Below, in pieces: positions 31,173 through 40,568 of a stretch of 64,000 nt of DNA (positions within the stretch are counted from its first letter, which is position 1; each line of letters begins with the position of its first letter). The notes under the pieces were generated by a model. The model was not told where the DNA came from and searched no databases. It saw only the letters and a program-made list of their open reading frames with translations. Position numbers and translations under genes: made by a program. The stretch covers positions 608,001 through 672,000 of the forward strand of contig CAXRHT010000001.1 in assembly GCA_964230645.1 (NCBI GenBank), written 5' to 3'. Source of the stretch: Bdellovibrionales bacterium. GTDB taxonomy: Bacteria; Bdellovibrionota; Bdellovibrionia; Bdellovibrionales; JAGQZY01.

Positions 31173-31595
31173 ATGCTTTTAAATAATAGACGCGGTTTCT
31201 CACTTGTCGAGATTATGATTGTTGTTGTGATTATCGGAATTATTGCGGCGACCATGGGTAACCGCTTATTCGGTGGACTGGATAAAGCGAAAGTGAAAAA
31301 TGCAAAAATCATGATGCAGAAATTCGCGGACGCTTTGGAAATGTACAATGTGGACTGCAACACTTATCCCACATCAGAACAAGGACTCGATGCCCTCATG
31401 CAAGAGCCTCAGGGTGAGCCTAGCTGTGACAACTGGGGTCCCGTTTCCTATTTGAAAAAGGTACCTAAAGATCCTTGGGGCCGAGAGTATATATACGATT
31501 CCGATGGAGTGGAGTTTAACATCATTTCCCTTGGAAAAGACAAACGTGAAGGTGGTTCAGAGTTTGGCGAGGACATTAGTTACAAAGATCTGTAA
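31173..31595 (+). CDS. gspG: Major pseudopilin GspG
   Basis: G|FSLVE prepilin site, YPTSEQGLDAL, DPWG..Y.Y. Confidence 0.95.
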   Translation: MLLNNRRGFSLVEIMIVVVIIGIIAATMGNRLFGGLDKAKVKNAKIMMQKFADALEMYNVDCNTYPTSEQGLDALMQEPQGEPSCDNWGPVSYLKKVPKDPWGREYIYDSDGVEFNIISLGKDKREGGSEFGEDISYKDL

Positions 31596-31614
31596 TTTTT
31601 TATTCGATCAGTAC

Positions 31615-31650
31615 AAAGAAGGGTCTCCATGGTGTGAGATCCTTTTTTTT
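31615..31650 (+). terminator. Intrinsic terminator between gspG and gspH
   Basis: aagggtctc-catggtgt-gagatcctt followed by a T-run. Confidence 0.7.
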
Positions 31651-31741
31651 AAAACAAAACAGCAAGTCCCCACCCACTCTTTGCATTTTCGCCTGAGCCC
31701 GCTCAACCTTCGAGCTTTTATACTGATTTCAAAGGACGAAA

Positions 31742-32407
31742 ATGAATAATCTTTTCCAGACATTTAGAAAATCTAACAAAAACGAAGCTGGCTTCTCCTT
31801 AATGGAGCTTATGATCGTTCTGATTATCGTGGGAATGTTTATTACATTCAGTGCAAGAAAGCTGGTCAATAGAAGCACCCAAATGAAAGCGGCCGTTCGC
31901 GATTTTTCAGCGATTACTAAAAAACTACGCAACCGTGCAAGGCTTGATAATAAAACCTATCGGCTGGTTTTTGACCTACCCGTGGACAAATCAAAAGCTC
32001 AAAGCTACTGGGTAGAATCAACGAGCAAACCCGCCCTTCTCCTCTCAAGCGAAGAACGGGAGGAATTAGAAGAAGACCTTGAAACTGTAGAAGATGAAGA
32101 AGGTAACGAGCAGAAACCAGACCCACAAGGTTTTGTCACAGACAATGGAGTCATTAAAAAAGCTCCGGCTACCCTGCCCGATGGACTTTTTTTCCAGTCT
32201 ATCGAAATCGATGGTGACCCTATAGAAAAAGTCGAAACAGGCCGCGTTTATATCTACTTTTTCCCCCAAGGCTATGTTCAGAAAAGTGCGATTCACCTGA
32301 CAAACCGTGATACCCTGAACTGGACTCTTGTTATTTCAGGACTCACAGGACGGGTCGATATTTTTAACAAGGAAAGAGAACTCAAGGAATTCAAGGTGGA
32401 AGACTGA
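31742..32407 (+). CDS. gspH: Minor pseudopilin GspH
   Basis: G|FSLME; IYFFPQG; operon position. Confidence 0.8.
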   Translation: MNNLFQTFRKSNKNEAGFSLMELMIVLIIVGMFITFSARKLVNRSTQMKAAVRDFSAITKKLRNRARLDNKTYRLVFDLPVDKSKAQSYWVESTSKPALLLSSEEREELEEDLETVEDEEGNEQKPDPQGFVTDNGVIKKAPATLPDGLFFQSIEIDGDPIEKVETGRVYIYFFPQGYVQKSAIHLTNRDTLNWTLVISGLTGRVDIFNKERELKEFKVED

Positions 32408-32934
32408 TGAGATTGAAACTGGGTGAAAAAGGATTCTCACTTTTTGAAGTACTGATTGCCATGTCGATCATGTCGTCGGCCGCCATCCTTATGTATATGT
32501 CTTGGCACGGTAACCAGGTTCGAGTGCAAAAAATGGCCATAAACAATAAAGCGGCTCTTCTATTAGACCAAATCATGTCACGCCTTGAAATCGAATACTC
32601 TGAGAGAATCACGCAGCTTCCTGAAAATGATGGTGGAGAATTCGAAGGCAATCCCCGTTACAGCTGGAAAATGGAATCTCGCGATTTTGAAATGCCGGAT
32701 TTAAGGTCGGTCTTGATTTCAGGAGATCAAGGGAATGAAGCCATGCTTCTCGTGGTGGATAAACTCACTGAATATCTGAATCAAAGTGTTAAAGAAATGA
32801 AAGTCACAGTCTTTTACAAGCGCGGTAAACAAACAACCTCCTATACGGCCACCACTTTTCTTGTCGATTACAATCAAAGCATTCCTATTGGAGGAGGCAT
32901 CCCTGGGGGAGCCGGGGGAGGTTTTGGGCAATGA
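32407..32934 (+). CDS. gspI: Minor pseudopilin GspI
   Basis: G|FSLFEVLIA; operon position. Confidence 0.8.
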   Translation: MRLKLGEKGFSLFEVLIAMSIMSSAAILMYMSWHGNQVRVQKMAINNKAALLLDQIMSRLEIEYSERITQLPENDGGEFEGNPRYSWKMESRDFEMPDLRSVLISGDQGNEAMLLVVDKLTEYLNQSVKEMKVTVFYKRGKQTTSYTATTFLVDYNQSIPIGGGIPGGAGGGFGQ

Positions 32935-34016
32935 CCGGACTTCCTCGTTTGCTTTCGGGGGCCTGTCCAAGAGCCCTCAGCAATAAAATTCGCGAAGCTT
33001 TTCAAAGAGGCACGCACTCGGGTGCACTTCGTCTCCCGGATTGCACCACTTCGTGGCGCAACCCGAGATACGCAGCGCTCGCTGCTCGAGCCTCTTTGAA
33101 AAGCTTCGCGAATTTTATTGCTGAGATCTCCTGGCCAGTTTTTCAAGAGAAATACCGTAAGGGCTTTACCCTTATTGAAGTTATGATTTCTATGTTTATT
33201 ATGGCTATGTTGACCATTTTGGTTTCAACTTCCATTCGTACGGCTGTGCAAAACAAGAAGAAAATTGAGGATCGAGTTAAAACCGAGACTATTCTTTATG
33301 ATACTCTTCGAGTCTTGAAGCTTGATATTGAGCGGGCCTTTCATTACCAAGATGTTTTTTGGGAAATTGAGAATTTGGCCATACAACAACTTGAAAATGA
33401 GCAGCAGAATCCCGGAGGACAAGGTCAAGGGCAAGTACAGGGTGGTTTTCAGAGAACGCAGCAGCCGGCTTTTGGAGCCAATCCTAATGTGCAGCAACGC
33501 CAGCCTCCGGTTCAACTCACACAGTTTTTAGGGGAGAAAAACAGTCTGCATTTTACTTCTCTTAATAACTTTCGCACCAAGTACAATGCGCCTGAGAGTG
33601 ATCAAATGGAGGTGGGCTTTTACTTAGAGTCTTGTGAAAGACGAGACGGTAAAGGAAACACGCAATGTTTATGGAGACGGTCTTCTCCGCAAATTGATGA
33701 TGAAGTGGATAAAGGTGGTACAAAAGTTGTTGTGGCCGAGCACGTCCAAAAGTTTCAGCTTCGTTACCGTGATAAAAGAGAAGATGGCGAATGGGTGGAT
33801 CAGTGGCGCTCGGACAACAAGGGACGCTCTGATCATCGCAATAAATTTCCCCACTTTGTGGAAGTCGAAATTGAAATTGAAGATGAGGACGATAAAAGGT
33901 CCAGAAAAGTAAGCCAAACTATGGTGGTCTCTTTAGCTTTCCCCAATAATCAAACTCACATTCAACAGCAGCAGCAACAACAACAACTTCAACAGAACTC
34001 GGGGGCCTTTCAATGA
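32931..34016 (+). CDS. gspJ: Minor pseudopilin GspJ with an abnormally long (78 aa) leader
   Basis: ATGA overlap with gspI; G|FTLIEVM only at codons 78/79; W...W...P C-terminal motif. Confidence 0.82.
   Translation: MTGLPRLLSGACPRALSNKIREAFQRGTHSGALRLPDCTTSWRNPRYAALAARASLKSFANFIAEISWPVFQEKYRKGFTLIEVMISMFIMAMLTILVSTSIRTAVQNKKKIEDRVKTETILYDTLRVLKLDIERAFHYQDVFWEIENLAIQQLENEQQNPGGQGQGQVQGGFQRTQQPAFGANPNVQQRQPPVQLTQFLGEKNSLHFTSLNNFRTKYNAPESDQMEVGFYLESCERRDGKGNTQCLWRRSSPQIDDEVDKGGTKVVVAEHVQKFQLRYRDKREDGEWVDQWRSDNKGRSDHRNKFPHFVEVEIEIEDEDDKRSRKVSQTMVVSLAFPNNQTHIQQQQQQQQLQQNSGAFQ
32976..33125. repeat. 150-bp palindromic (MITE/RPE-like) element inside the 5' end of gspJ
   Basis: Perfect 36-bp inverted arms (32976-33011 and 33090-33125) enclosing three small hairpins. 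Confidence 0.9.
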
Positions 34017-35326
34017 AGCTTATTGCCCTTTTAAGAAAAAAAACGGGTTCAGCCATTATGCTCGCTATTTTCACTGTGACCTTTGTTATTTTTTTGGCCA
34101 CAGAAATCTCTAAGCAAACGATTATGGAGTACCTCACCTCCTCAACTGAGGTCAAAAAAGTGCAAGCTCATTATATGGCTGAAGCTTGTTTGCGGCTTAA
34201 TCTTTTGAGAATCAAAGGCTATCAACAAGCCACAAGAGCTCTTGGAGACGCCATCCCCGATATGACGATGCTTGATATGATCTGGCAGTTTCCTCTGTCG
34301 TGGCCACCACAAGTACCCCAAGAGCTCAGTAATTTTGACAGCTCCACCATTAAGAAAACTGTGGGTGGATCGATTTTAAAAGGACAATTTGTTTCTTCCA
34401 TTACTTCTGAAGGTGGAAAGATTGATATCAATGACTTGGGCTCTTTGTCAGAAGCGCTTCGTGAGAAAACTAAGATTCAACTTCTCCAAAGATTCCAAGC
34501 GCGCATTCTCAATGGCGAGGATATCTTCTCGGAAAGATACGCCAATTTTAACTTTCAAGAGCTCATTAACAATATTGCCGACTGGGTCGATGGTGACCAA
34601 GAAAGTCTCAACGGAGGCAGTGAACAGGCCTATTATACTGACTATCGCAATGAGTTTATTCCTCCCAACCGACCTTTTAAAACCATGGAAGAGATTCATA
34701 TGGTTGCGGGCATGACCGATGAAATTTATGAGGAGCTCACAAAACACATCACTCTTTATGGGGTTAAAGGGATTAATGTGAACCAAGCCGAACGGGATGT
34801 TCTTCTTAGTCTTTTTAATAACTATTCTCCTGAAGTGGCTGATGAACTGGTGACAGAGATTTTGAAACGTCGTAGTGATCCGGACCTCGGAGGCCCCTTT
34901 CGTGATGAAAAGGAATTCGTTGGCTTTTTGGGTGGATACATTGATCCGCAATCATTCAACAATGAAGAAAATAAAGTGCCCTTGTTTTTTGGCGCCGAAC
35001 TCAATTTCCGTATCAATTGTATCGGAGTGATGGGCAATATGACCCGAGAGATTGATGCCGTTGTTTACGATGCCACCACCGTCAAAACTCGCTTGCAAGA
35101 AGCCCTTATGAAAGAACAAGAGGACGTGAACCAAAATCCTCAATGCCAAAATGAAACGGGCGAAGCTCTTTACGAATGTCTTTGTGAGAACGAAGAGAGT
35201 GAGGCCAAAAGGCAGCAGTGTATTACCAATAAAAAGAAAGCCGCCCAACAGAAAGAACAACAAACGAACCAACCCACTCCCCTACCCCCTGGCCCGCCTC
35301 GTATGATCATAAAAAGAGTGCGCTGA
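34013..35326 (+). CDS. gspK: Minor pseudopilin GspK
   Basis: G|SAIML, EGGKIDIN, IADWVD.D, PPNRPF, ININ-like motif. Confidence 0.88.
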   Translation: MKLIALLRKKTGSAIMLAIFTVTFVIFLATEISKQTIMEYLTSSTEVKKVQAHYMAEACLRLNLLRIKGYQQATRALGDAIPDMTMLDMIWQFPLSWPPQVPQELSNFDSSTIKKTVGGSILKGQFVSSITSEGGKIDINDLGSLSEALREKTKIQLLQRFQARILNGEDIFSERYANFNFQELINNIADWVDGDQESLNGGSEQAYYTDYRNEFIPPNRPFKTMEEIHMVAGMTDEIYEELTKHITLYGVKGINVNQAERDVLLSLFNNYSPEVADELVTEILKRRSDPDLGGPFRDEKEFVGFLGGYIDPQSFNNEENKVPLFFGAELNFRINCIGVMGNMTREIDAVVYDATTVKTRLQEALMKEQEDVNQNPQCQNETGEALYECLCENEESEAKRQQCITNKKKAAQQKEQQTNQPTPLPPGPPRMIIKRVR

Positions 35327-35514
35327 TTTAGACCTTAGTCGGTGCTCGCTTCCTTGTTTGGCATAGACTGCCCTCTCTCACCTACGAGTGATTGATTTCT
35401 TCAGTATAGAAAGGCTTATATGGACAGCAAACTATTGATATCATAGAATGATTAAGCGGCAGAGCTTCAGTTTAAAAGCTAAAATTAGCTTTTGGTTTTT
35501 AAAAAAGGATTTTT

Positions 35515-37152
35515 ATGAGAAGTGTTGGAATTGATATTGGAAGAAACAGTATTAAGGTTGTGGAAGTTCTTGCCAGCAATCGCACCTACGAAATCACAAA
35601 AGCTAAAGAATACAAAATTCTCAATATGGAAAGCAGTGATCAAGAAATAGATATCCTGCAAACACTTCACACTATTTCCAAAGAATTTGATACTGAGTCT
35701 GCCAAAACAATTTGCTCGATCCGCCAACAGTATATTAGCTCTCGAAAGGTCTTTTTCCCTTTCAAAGAGCGCATGAAAATCCATAAAAGTTTAGCTTTCG
35801 AACTTGAAGACGACATCCCTCTGACGATTGATAAAGCCATCTACGATTCTAAAATTATTAAATTTCACGAAAAGTCAGCAGAAGTCGTTGCTATGGCCTG
35901 TGTGCGCGAGGAAATCGAAAAGACTTTAGATATCATGGAGAGAGGTCATATTGATCCTGATGTGATCACACCTGAGTTTTGTGCGATCGCTAATCTTTAT
36001 GAAAAATGGTACAAAGCGCCTGACGCTGTTACTGAGGAAACCAACGAATCCACAGAGCCTGATAAACTTGTCGTTCACATTGGGCATTCAAAGACTTTTG
36101 CAGGAGTTGTGAGTCGAGGCTATCTTGTTTGGGGGCGTAGTATTATGTGGGGGGCTGAAAAAGTGGCCGCCGCTATTTCCAATAGCTTTCAAGTCCCCTT
36201 TACCACCGCCCACGACATGATGCCAGACAAGGCCTTTGTACTTCTCAGCACAACTGACGCCAGTAAAGAGCATATCAAAATGTCGGAAGCCGTAACTAAA
36301 GCATTCGAACCATTGATTCAATCGTTAAGGCTTACGATCATGTTGGCAAATACTGACTACGGCACCAACGTTTCTGAAGTGGAGCTGATTGGCTCACCTA
36401 GTAAGATCAAAAATATTGCGCCCTATTTTACCCAAGAACTTGAGAAGTCTACCAACATCTCAAATCCCGCCCATCACTTTAGTGATCGTCACATTAAAAA
36501 TCATGAGCGCTTGGGGGACGCCTTTTTAATGGCCCTTGGTTTATGTATTGAAGGTTTAAGACGTCCCTTCAATCCTCCAGTCAACTTTCGACAAATGGAG
36601 TACGCTAAGAAGAACCTATCCTTTGAAAAATTTTGGGAAAAATGGGGGTATACGGCAAAGCTCATGGCCGCTGGTTATTTCTGCTATGTGGTCTACGCCG
36701 TCGCGATTGATACCGTCAGCACCCAGCTTGAACAGGCCTCTTATGATGTCATGATGAATCAAGCCAGTAAAATAGCGAAACTTAAGGGACGAAGTGCGAC
36801 GCCTGGTAAAATAAAGGCTTTTATTCGAGATAAAAATAAAGAGGCGGATTTGGTAAAAGTCTATGACCAACTTGATGAGATCAACTCGCCCATGAAATTC
36901 ATTAATGAAATTAGCCAAATTTTACCTCCAAATAAAAACAATGAGTCTTTTGATGTTAGGCGCATGATGATCAAAGATCGCCAAATCACTCTTCAAGGGG
37001 TGGCAAAATCCGATGAGATAATAAAATCCATCGACAAGGCTCTAAAGGGTGTCGCTCTCAATGGCAAGGTCTCAAAAGCGCCCGCTACGATTCCTGATGA
37101 GGCTGGCAAGAAAAAGTTTGGCTTTAAGTTTAATGTGAAGAGAAAGAATTGA
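35515..37152 (+). CDS. gspL: GspL / PilM-like actin-fold assembly protein
   Basis: VGIDIG..SIKVVE N-terminus, then a TM helix and periplasmic domain; operon position. Confidence 0.78.
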   Translation: MRSVGIDIGRNSIKVVEVLASNRTYEITKAKEYKILNMESSDQEIDILQTLHTISKEFDTESAKTICSIRQQYISSRKVFFPFKERMKIHKSLAFELEDDIPLTIDKAIYDSKIIKFHEKSAEVVAMACVREEIEKTLDIMERGHIDPDVITPEFCAIANLYEKWYKAPDAVTEETNESTEPDKLVVHIGHSKTFAGVVSRGYLVWGRSIMWGAEKVAAAISNSFQVPFTTAHDMMPDKAFVLLSTTDASKEHIKMSEAVTKAFEPLIQSLRLTIMLANTDYGTNVSEVELIGSPSKIKNIAPYFTQELEKSTNISNPAHHFSDRHIKNHERLGDAFLMALGLCIEGLRRPFNPPVNFRQMEYAKKNLSFEKFWEKWGYTAKLMAAGYFCYVVYAVAIDTVSTQLEQASYDVMMNQASKIAKLKGRSATPGKIKAFIRDKNKEADLVKVYDQLDEINSPMKFINEISQILPPNKNNESFDVRRMMIKDRQITLQGVAKSDEIIKSIDKALKGVALNGKVSKAPATIPDEAGKKKFGFKFNVKRKN

Positions 37153-37153
37153 T

Positions 37154-37831
37154 ATGGATATTGAATCACTCAAAGAACAGTTTATTGAGCAATTTAAGAG
37201 TTATAAAAATCAAATTGAGGACTCTGAGTCCTATATTAAGCTCAAAGAGGGTTATGATAAACTCACACCCAATATTCAAGCTTTACTAAAGGCTTTCGGA
37301 GTTTTCTTAGTGCTCTACTTTTTTTACAGCATCCCGGCCTCTTACACTTCTTCGGCTGAGGAAAAGATGTCTCTGTTTGAAGAAAATCGAGAAATCACTA
37401 GAGACCTTATCCGAGCTGGAAGAATTGCTAAGACAACACAACTTCCACCGCCCGCGCCGAGCCCTCAGCAACTCACCTCCAACATTGAGAGAAACCTAAA
37501 GTCCCAACAGGTGCTTCCGGAACAAAAGCTTGGCATTACACCGATGCAAAATGTGGCTTCAAAATCTATTGTTCCAAAAAGTATCGAGCAATCGGGAATC
37601 AAAGCCAGTCTCAAAAAACTTAATTTAAGACAGGTTATAAAACTGGGCGAAGACATGAATGAAATCAATAGCTCACAACTCATGAATATGGTGATTCAAG
37701 CCGACAGTAAAGATCCTCATTACTATAATGTCGATTACGAAATCGCTTCATTCTCAGTTCCAAGGGACACGAAACCTGTTGGCAAGGATAAGAAAAGTCG
37801 TTCAAGATTTGGCAAAAAAAAGAAAAAGTAA
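37154..37831 (+). CDS. gspM: Probable GspM
   Basis: Single TM helix; lies between gspL and gspN. Confidence 0.6.
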   Translation: MDIESLKEQFIEQFKSYKNQIEDSESYIKLKEGYDKLTPNIQALLKAFGVFLVLYFFYSIPASYTSSAEEKMSLFEENREITRDLIRAGRIAKTTQLPPPAPSPQQLTSNIERNLKSQQVLPEQKLGITPMQNVASKSIVPKSIEQSGIKASLKKLNLRQVIKLGEDMNEINSSQLMNMVIQADSKDPHYYNVDYEIASFSVPRDTKPVGKDKKSRSRFGKKKKK

Positions 37832-37842
37832 GTTAGGATAAA

Positions 37843-38847
37843 ATGAACTCAAAACAAGTTTTACAATCCCTATTGAATGTTTTTAAGTACCACAAAAAAA
37901 AGATTTTCTTCTTTTTTGGCTCTGTTGTTTTCGGAATCATTGTTTTGTTTCCCTACGATGATTTGAGCGACTTCATTACTCAACAGGTGACCCAAGAAAC
38001 TCAAAGCAATGTCTATTTGCAATTTGACGGGCTTTCTTTTGGTCTCATGCCTCAGTTGGGTATTAAAATGGAAAACGTTTTAATCGAGACCGTTTACGCC
38101 CCGACTATGTCGGTCAAGACTCTTGGCTTTGCTCCCAAAATTTCCTCTCTACTCGGTTCGGCAGCAGGAAAGCTCGTTGCCTATGGTCTCTTTGACGGCG
38201 AAGCCTCTGTTGATTTTGGCCCAAGTAATGAACTCGACATTGAAGGCGAAGAGATGGGACTTGAGGTTGAGCTAGAAAATGTCGATCTCAAGGAACTGAC
38301 CAAATTTATCAATGAATCCAAGAAACTTCCTGTCACCATGAATGGAACCACGCAATTGGATTCTAGTTTTTATGTGGACCCAAGCTTTAAAGAACAGCCA
38401 AAGGGCACAGTCATTTTAGCTGTGAAAAACTTAGACATTCCATCCTCTACTCTCCCTATCAATATGAATGGGGTTCAAATGAGCCTTTCTCTTCCCGCTT
38501 TAAAACTCTCGGAGCTAAAGCTTGAAGGCAACCTCGATGATGGAAAGTTCTTTATTCGCGAGGGAAAAATTGGCGAAACTAAAAATGACCTTTACGGAAC
38601 TATTACTGGTGATGTCTTCTTCCAAATGGCCCCTGGGGGCCGCTTCCTTCCCGGTGGTTACGACTTAAAAGTGAACCTGAACATCAGTGAGAATTTGCAA
38701 AGACAGCTCAAACTTTTTCTGAGTGTTCTCGATATGCATGAAGGCATTGGTGATAAATACAAATTTAAAAGTCTTCGAGGCGTGCGCTATTCCATGCGCA
38801 TCTCTGCCCGCAACTTCAGCTCAGCCCCCCAAGTCAAATCCTACTAA
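37843..38847 (+). CDS. gspN: Type II secretion protein GspN
   Basis: TM helix then FPY, followed by a beta-rich domain; last gene of the operon. Confidence 0.72.
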   Translation: MNSKQVLQSLLNVFKYHKKKIFFFFGSVVFGIIVLFPYDDLSDFITQQVTQETQSNVYLQFDGLSFGLMPQLGIKMENVLIETVYAPTMSVKTLGFAPKISSLLGSAAGKLVAYGLFDGEASVDFGPSNELDIEGEEMGLEVELENVDLKELTKFINESKKLPVTMNGTTQLDSSFYVDPSFKEQPKGTVILAVKNLDIPSSTLPINMNGVQMSLSLPALKLSELKLEGNLDDGKFFIREGKIGETKNDLYGTITGDVFFQMAPGGRFLPGGYDLKVNLNISENLQRQLKLFLSVLDMHEGIGDKYKFKSLRGVRYSMRISARNFSSAPQVKSY

Positions 38848-38965
38848 AAGGTACCAGGTTCTTTTTTCGGAAGCACAGTGACAATCTGTAGCTACTATCT
38901 ACTTAAAAGAGACCCGATACTTTAAAATTGGCGCTGCGCTTCCGAAAATAGAACCTGGTACCTTT
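38847..38965. repeat. 119-bp inverted-repeat (REP/MITE-like) element
   Basis: 39-bp arms (38847-38885 and 38927-38965) with 35/39 complementarity. Confidence 0.8.
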
Positions 38966-39104
38966 CATGGTGCGGTCCGGCAAATCCGGGATTCCTTTGC
39001 GACCTCTGGATAAAATCGGGTAATTTTCAAAGTTCTTCGGCTAGATCTATGGCCAGGGGGATGCATTTCGCGTACAACAGAAACTCGAGAAGGGAGCTTG
39101 ATTT

Positions 39105-39536
39105 ATGTCAGGAGTTAACAAAGCAATTATTGTCGGACGCTTGGGTGCCGATCCAGAAGTGAAAACAGTTTCATCTGGGCAAACCGTTTGTCGTTTGAGT
39201 GTCGCCACAAGCGAAAACTGGACGGATCGTGATGGTCAAAAGCAAGAGCGCACCGAATGGCACCGAGTGGTTGTCTGGGGCCGAATGGCTGAGGTTTGCG
39301 GTCAGCACCTTGCCAAAGGACGCCAAGTCTATCTTGAAGGCCGTTTACAGACGCGTTCTTGGGAAGATCAACAAGGTGTTAAAAAGTACACAACGGAAAT
39401 CGTAGCAACGACCGTTCAGTTTCTTGGTTCCAATGATAGCCGTGGTCAATCCCAGAGTAGTAGCGGCGGAGGATCAGATTACCAAGATTTTGGTCCAGAA
39501 CCCTCTTTTGATAGTAATGAGGAAATTCCGTTCTAA
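39105..39536 (+). CDS. ssb: Single-stranded DNA-binding protein
   Basis: VNK.II.GRLG.DPE, TEWHRV, EIPF C-terminus. Confidence 0.98.
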   Translation: MSGVNKAIIVGRLGADPEVKTVSSGQTVCRLSVATSENWTDRDGQKQERTEWHRVVVWGRMAEVCGQHLAKGRQVYLEGRLQTRSWEDQQGVKKYTTEIVATTVQFLGSNDSRGQSQSSSGGGSDYQDFGPEPSFDSNEEIPF

Positions 39537-39548
39537 ACCCTCTTTTAC

Positions 39549-39575
39549 GCCACCAATGTCCTTTTGGTGGCTTAA
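39549..39575 (+). terminator. Hairpin / possible terminator after ssb
   Basis: gccaccaa...ttggtggc stem with a weak U-tail. Confidence 0.45.
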
Positions 39576-39673
39576 GTTCTTGTAATAGCTAATCAATCGT
39601 CCACTTAGGACTTGGCCCATACTCGCAATTTCCTTATCATGAGAGAAGTATCAAAAAGGATGCTCATCAAGGA

Positions 39674-40558
39674 GTGAAAATGCAGCCTCGAATTAGCTTT
39701 ATCAAATTTCTTTCACTTATAGCGGTCGCTCTTTTCGCCTTTCCCCAACAGTCTGAAGCCGGGAGAGTTGTGAAAACTAAGGGAAGAAAAGTCTTTATCA
39801 AATTGGATGCTGCCGAAGCCGGTGACATGGCCGAAGGCGACTATCTTTATATGACTTCAAAGTCCGGAAAAAAATACGGGATCGTAATAATCAGGAAAAA
39901 GAAGGGCCGCTTAGTTATCGCGAAACTGGGAAAAGGAAATGCCAAAAAAGGCATGTACACTCAACTGCGTAAATCTAATAAAAGTCGAAGCAAAAGCCGT
40001 CCGATGGAAACTGCTAGTGACGTAGCTCTCACCGAAAGTGTTGAAAAACGTTCAGACACAATGATCGGACTTCTTGGAAGTTTTGGAACGGCCACTCAAA
40101 ACGTCACCGGTGTGGCAGATATGTCTGGGTCTACGACAGGTTTTAAAGGTATTTTTGATTATGAACTTTTTAGCGACTTCGGAGTTCGTGCAAGATTAGG
40201 TCTTGATATGTTGTCGGTGGAAGGTTCAAGTGATAACGGAGATTTCGCAACCTCTATTTCCTACCTCACCATTGATTTATTATTACGATACTACCTCTAC
40301 CGAGACGACAGTTTCGGGTTTTTCTTAAATGGAGGAATGGGAATCTATTCACCAATGTCGACAGATTTGGGAACCAACCAAGCCTTACAAGAGGACTCGA
40401 TTTCTACAACAAGTCTTCTTATTTTTGGGGGTGGTGTCGCTATTCCTTTTGGAGGTTGGCAGATCTTTCTCGGGGGTGATTACCTCTATTTCCCTCCTTC
40501 AGAAGATGTGGATACTAGTGTGATCTCCGGTAAACTTGGCTTAATTTTTGAAATTTAA
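39674..40558 (+). CDS. Secreted protein with C-terminal outer-membrane beta-barrel
   Basis: Signal peptide, Lys-rich N-terminal domain, OmpA/OmpW-like strands. Confidence 0.65.
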   Translation: MKMQPRISFIKFLSLIAVALFAFPQQSEAGRVVKTKGRKVFIKLDAAEAGDMAEGDYLYMTSKSGKKYGIVIIRKKKGRLVIAKLGKGNAKKGMYTQLRKSNKSRSKSRPMETASDVALTESVEKRSDTMIGLLGSFGTATQNVTGVADMSGSTTGFKGIFDYELFSDFGVRARLGLDMLSVEGSSDNGDFATSISYLTIDLLLRYYLYRDDSFGFFLNGGMGIYSPMSTDLGTNQALQEDSISTTSLLIFGGGVAIPFGGWQIFLGGDYLYFPPSEDVDTSVISGKLGLIFEI

Positions 40559-40568
40559 GGAGAAACTT

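Noticed and set aside
32874..33146. 90-aa minus-strand ORF sharing the peptide LSNKIREAFQRG with the GspJ leader
   Set aside because: A by-product of the palindrome; no evidence that it is a gene.
33960..33995. CAA/CAG run encoding poly-Gln in gspJ as a phase-variation tract
   Set aside because: Mixed-codon triplet repeat, so slippage would not shift the frame.
39612..39628. TTGGCCCATACTCGCAA as a sigma-54 promoter
   Set aside because: GG-to-GC spacing is 9 nt, not the required 10.
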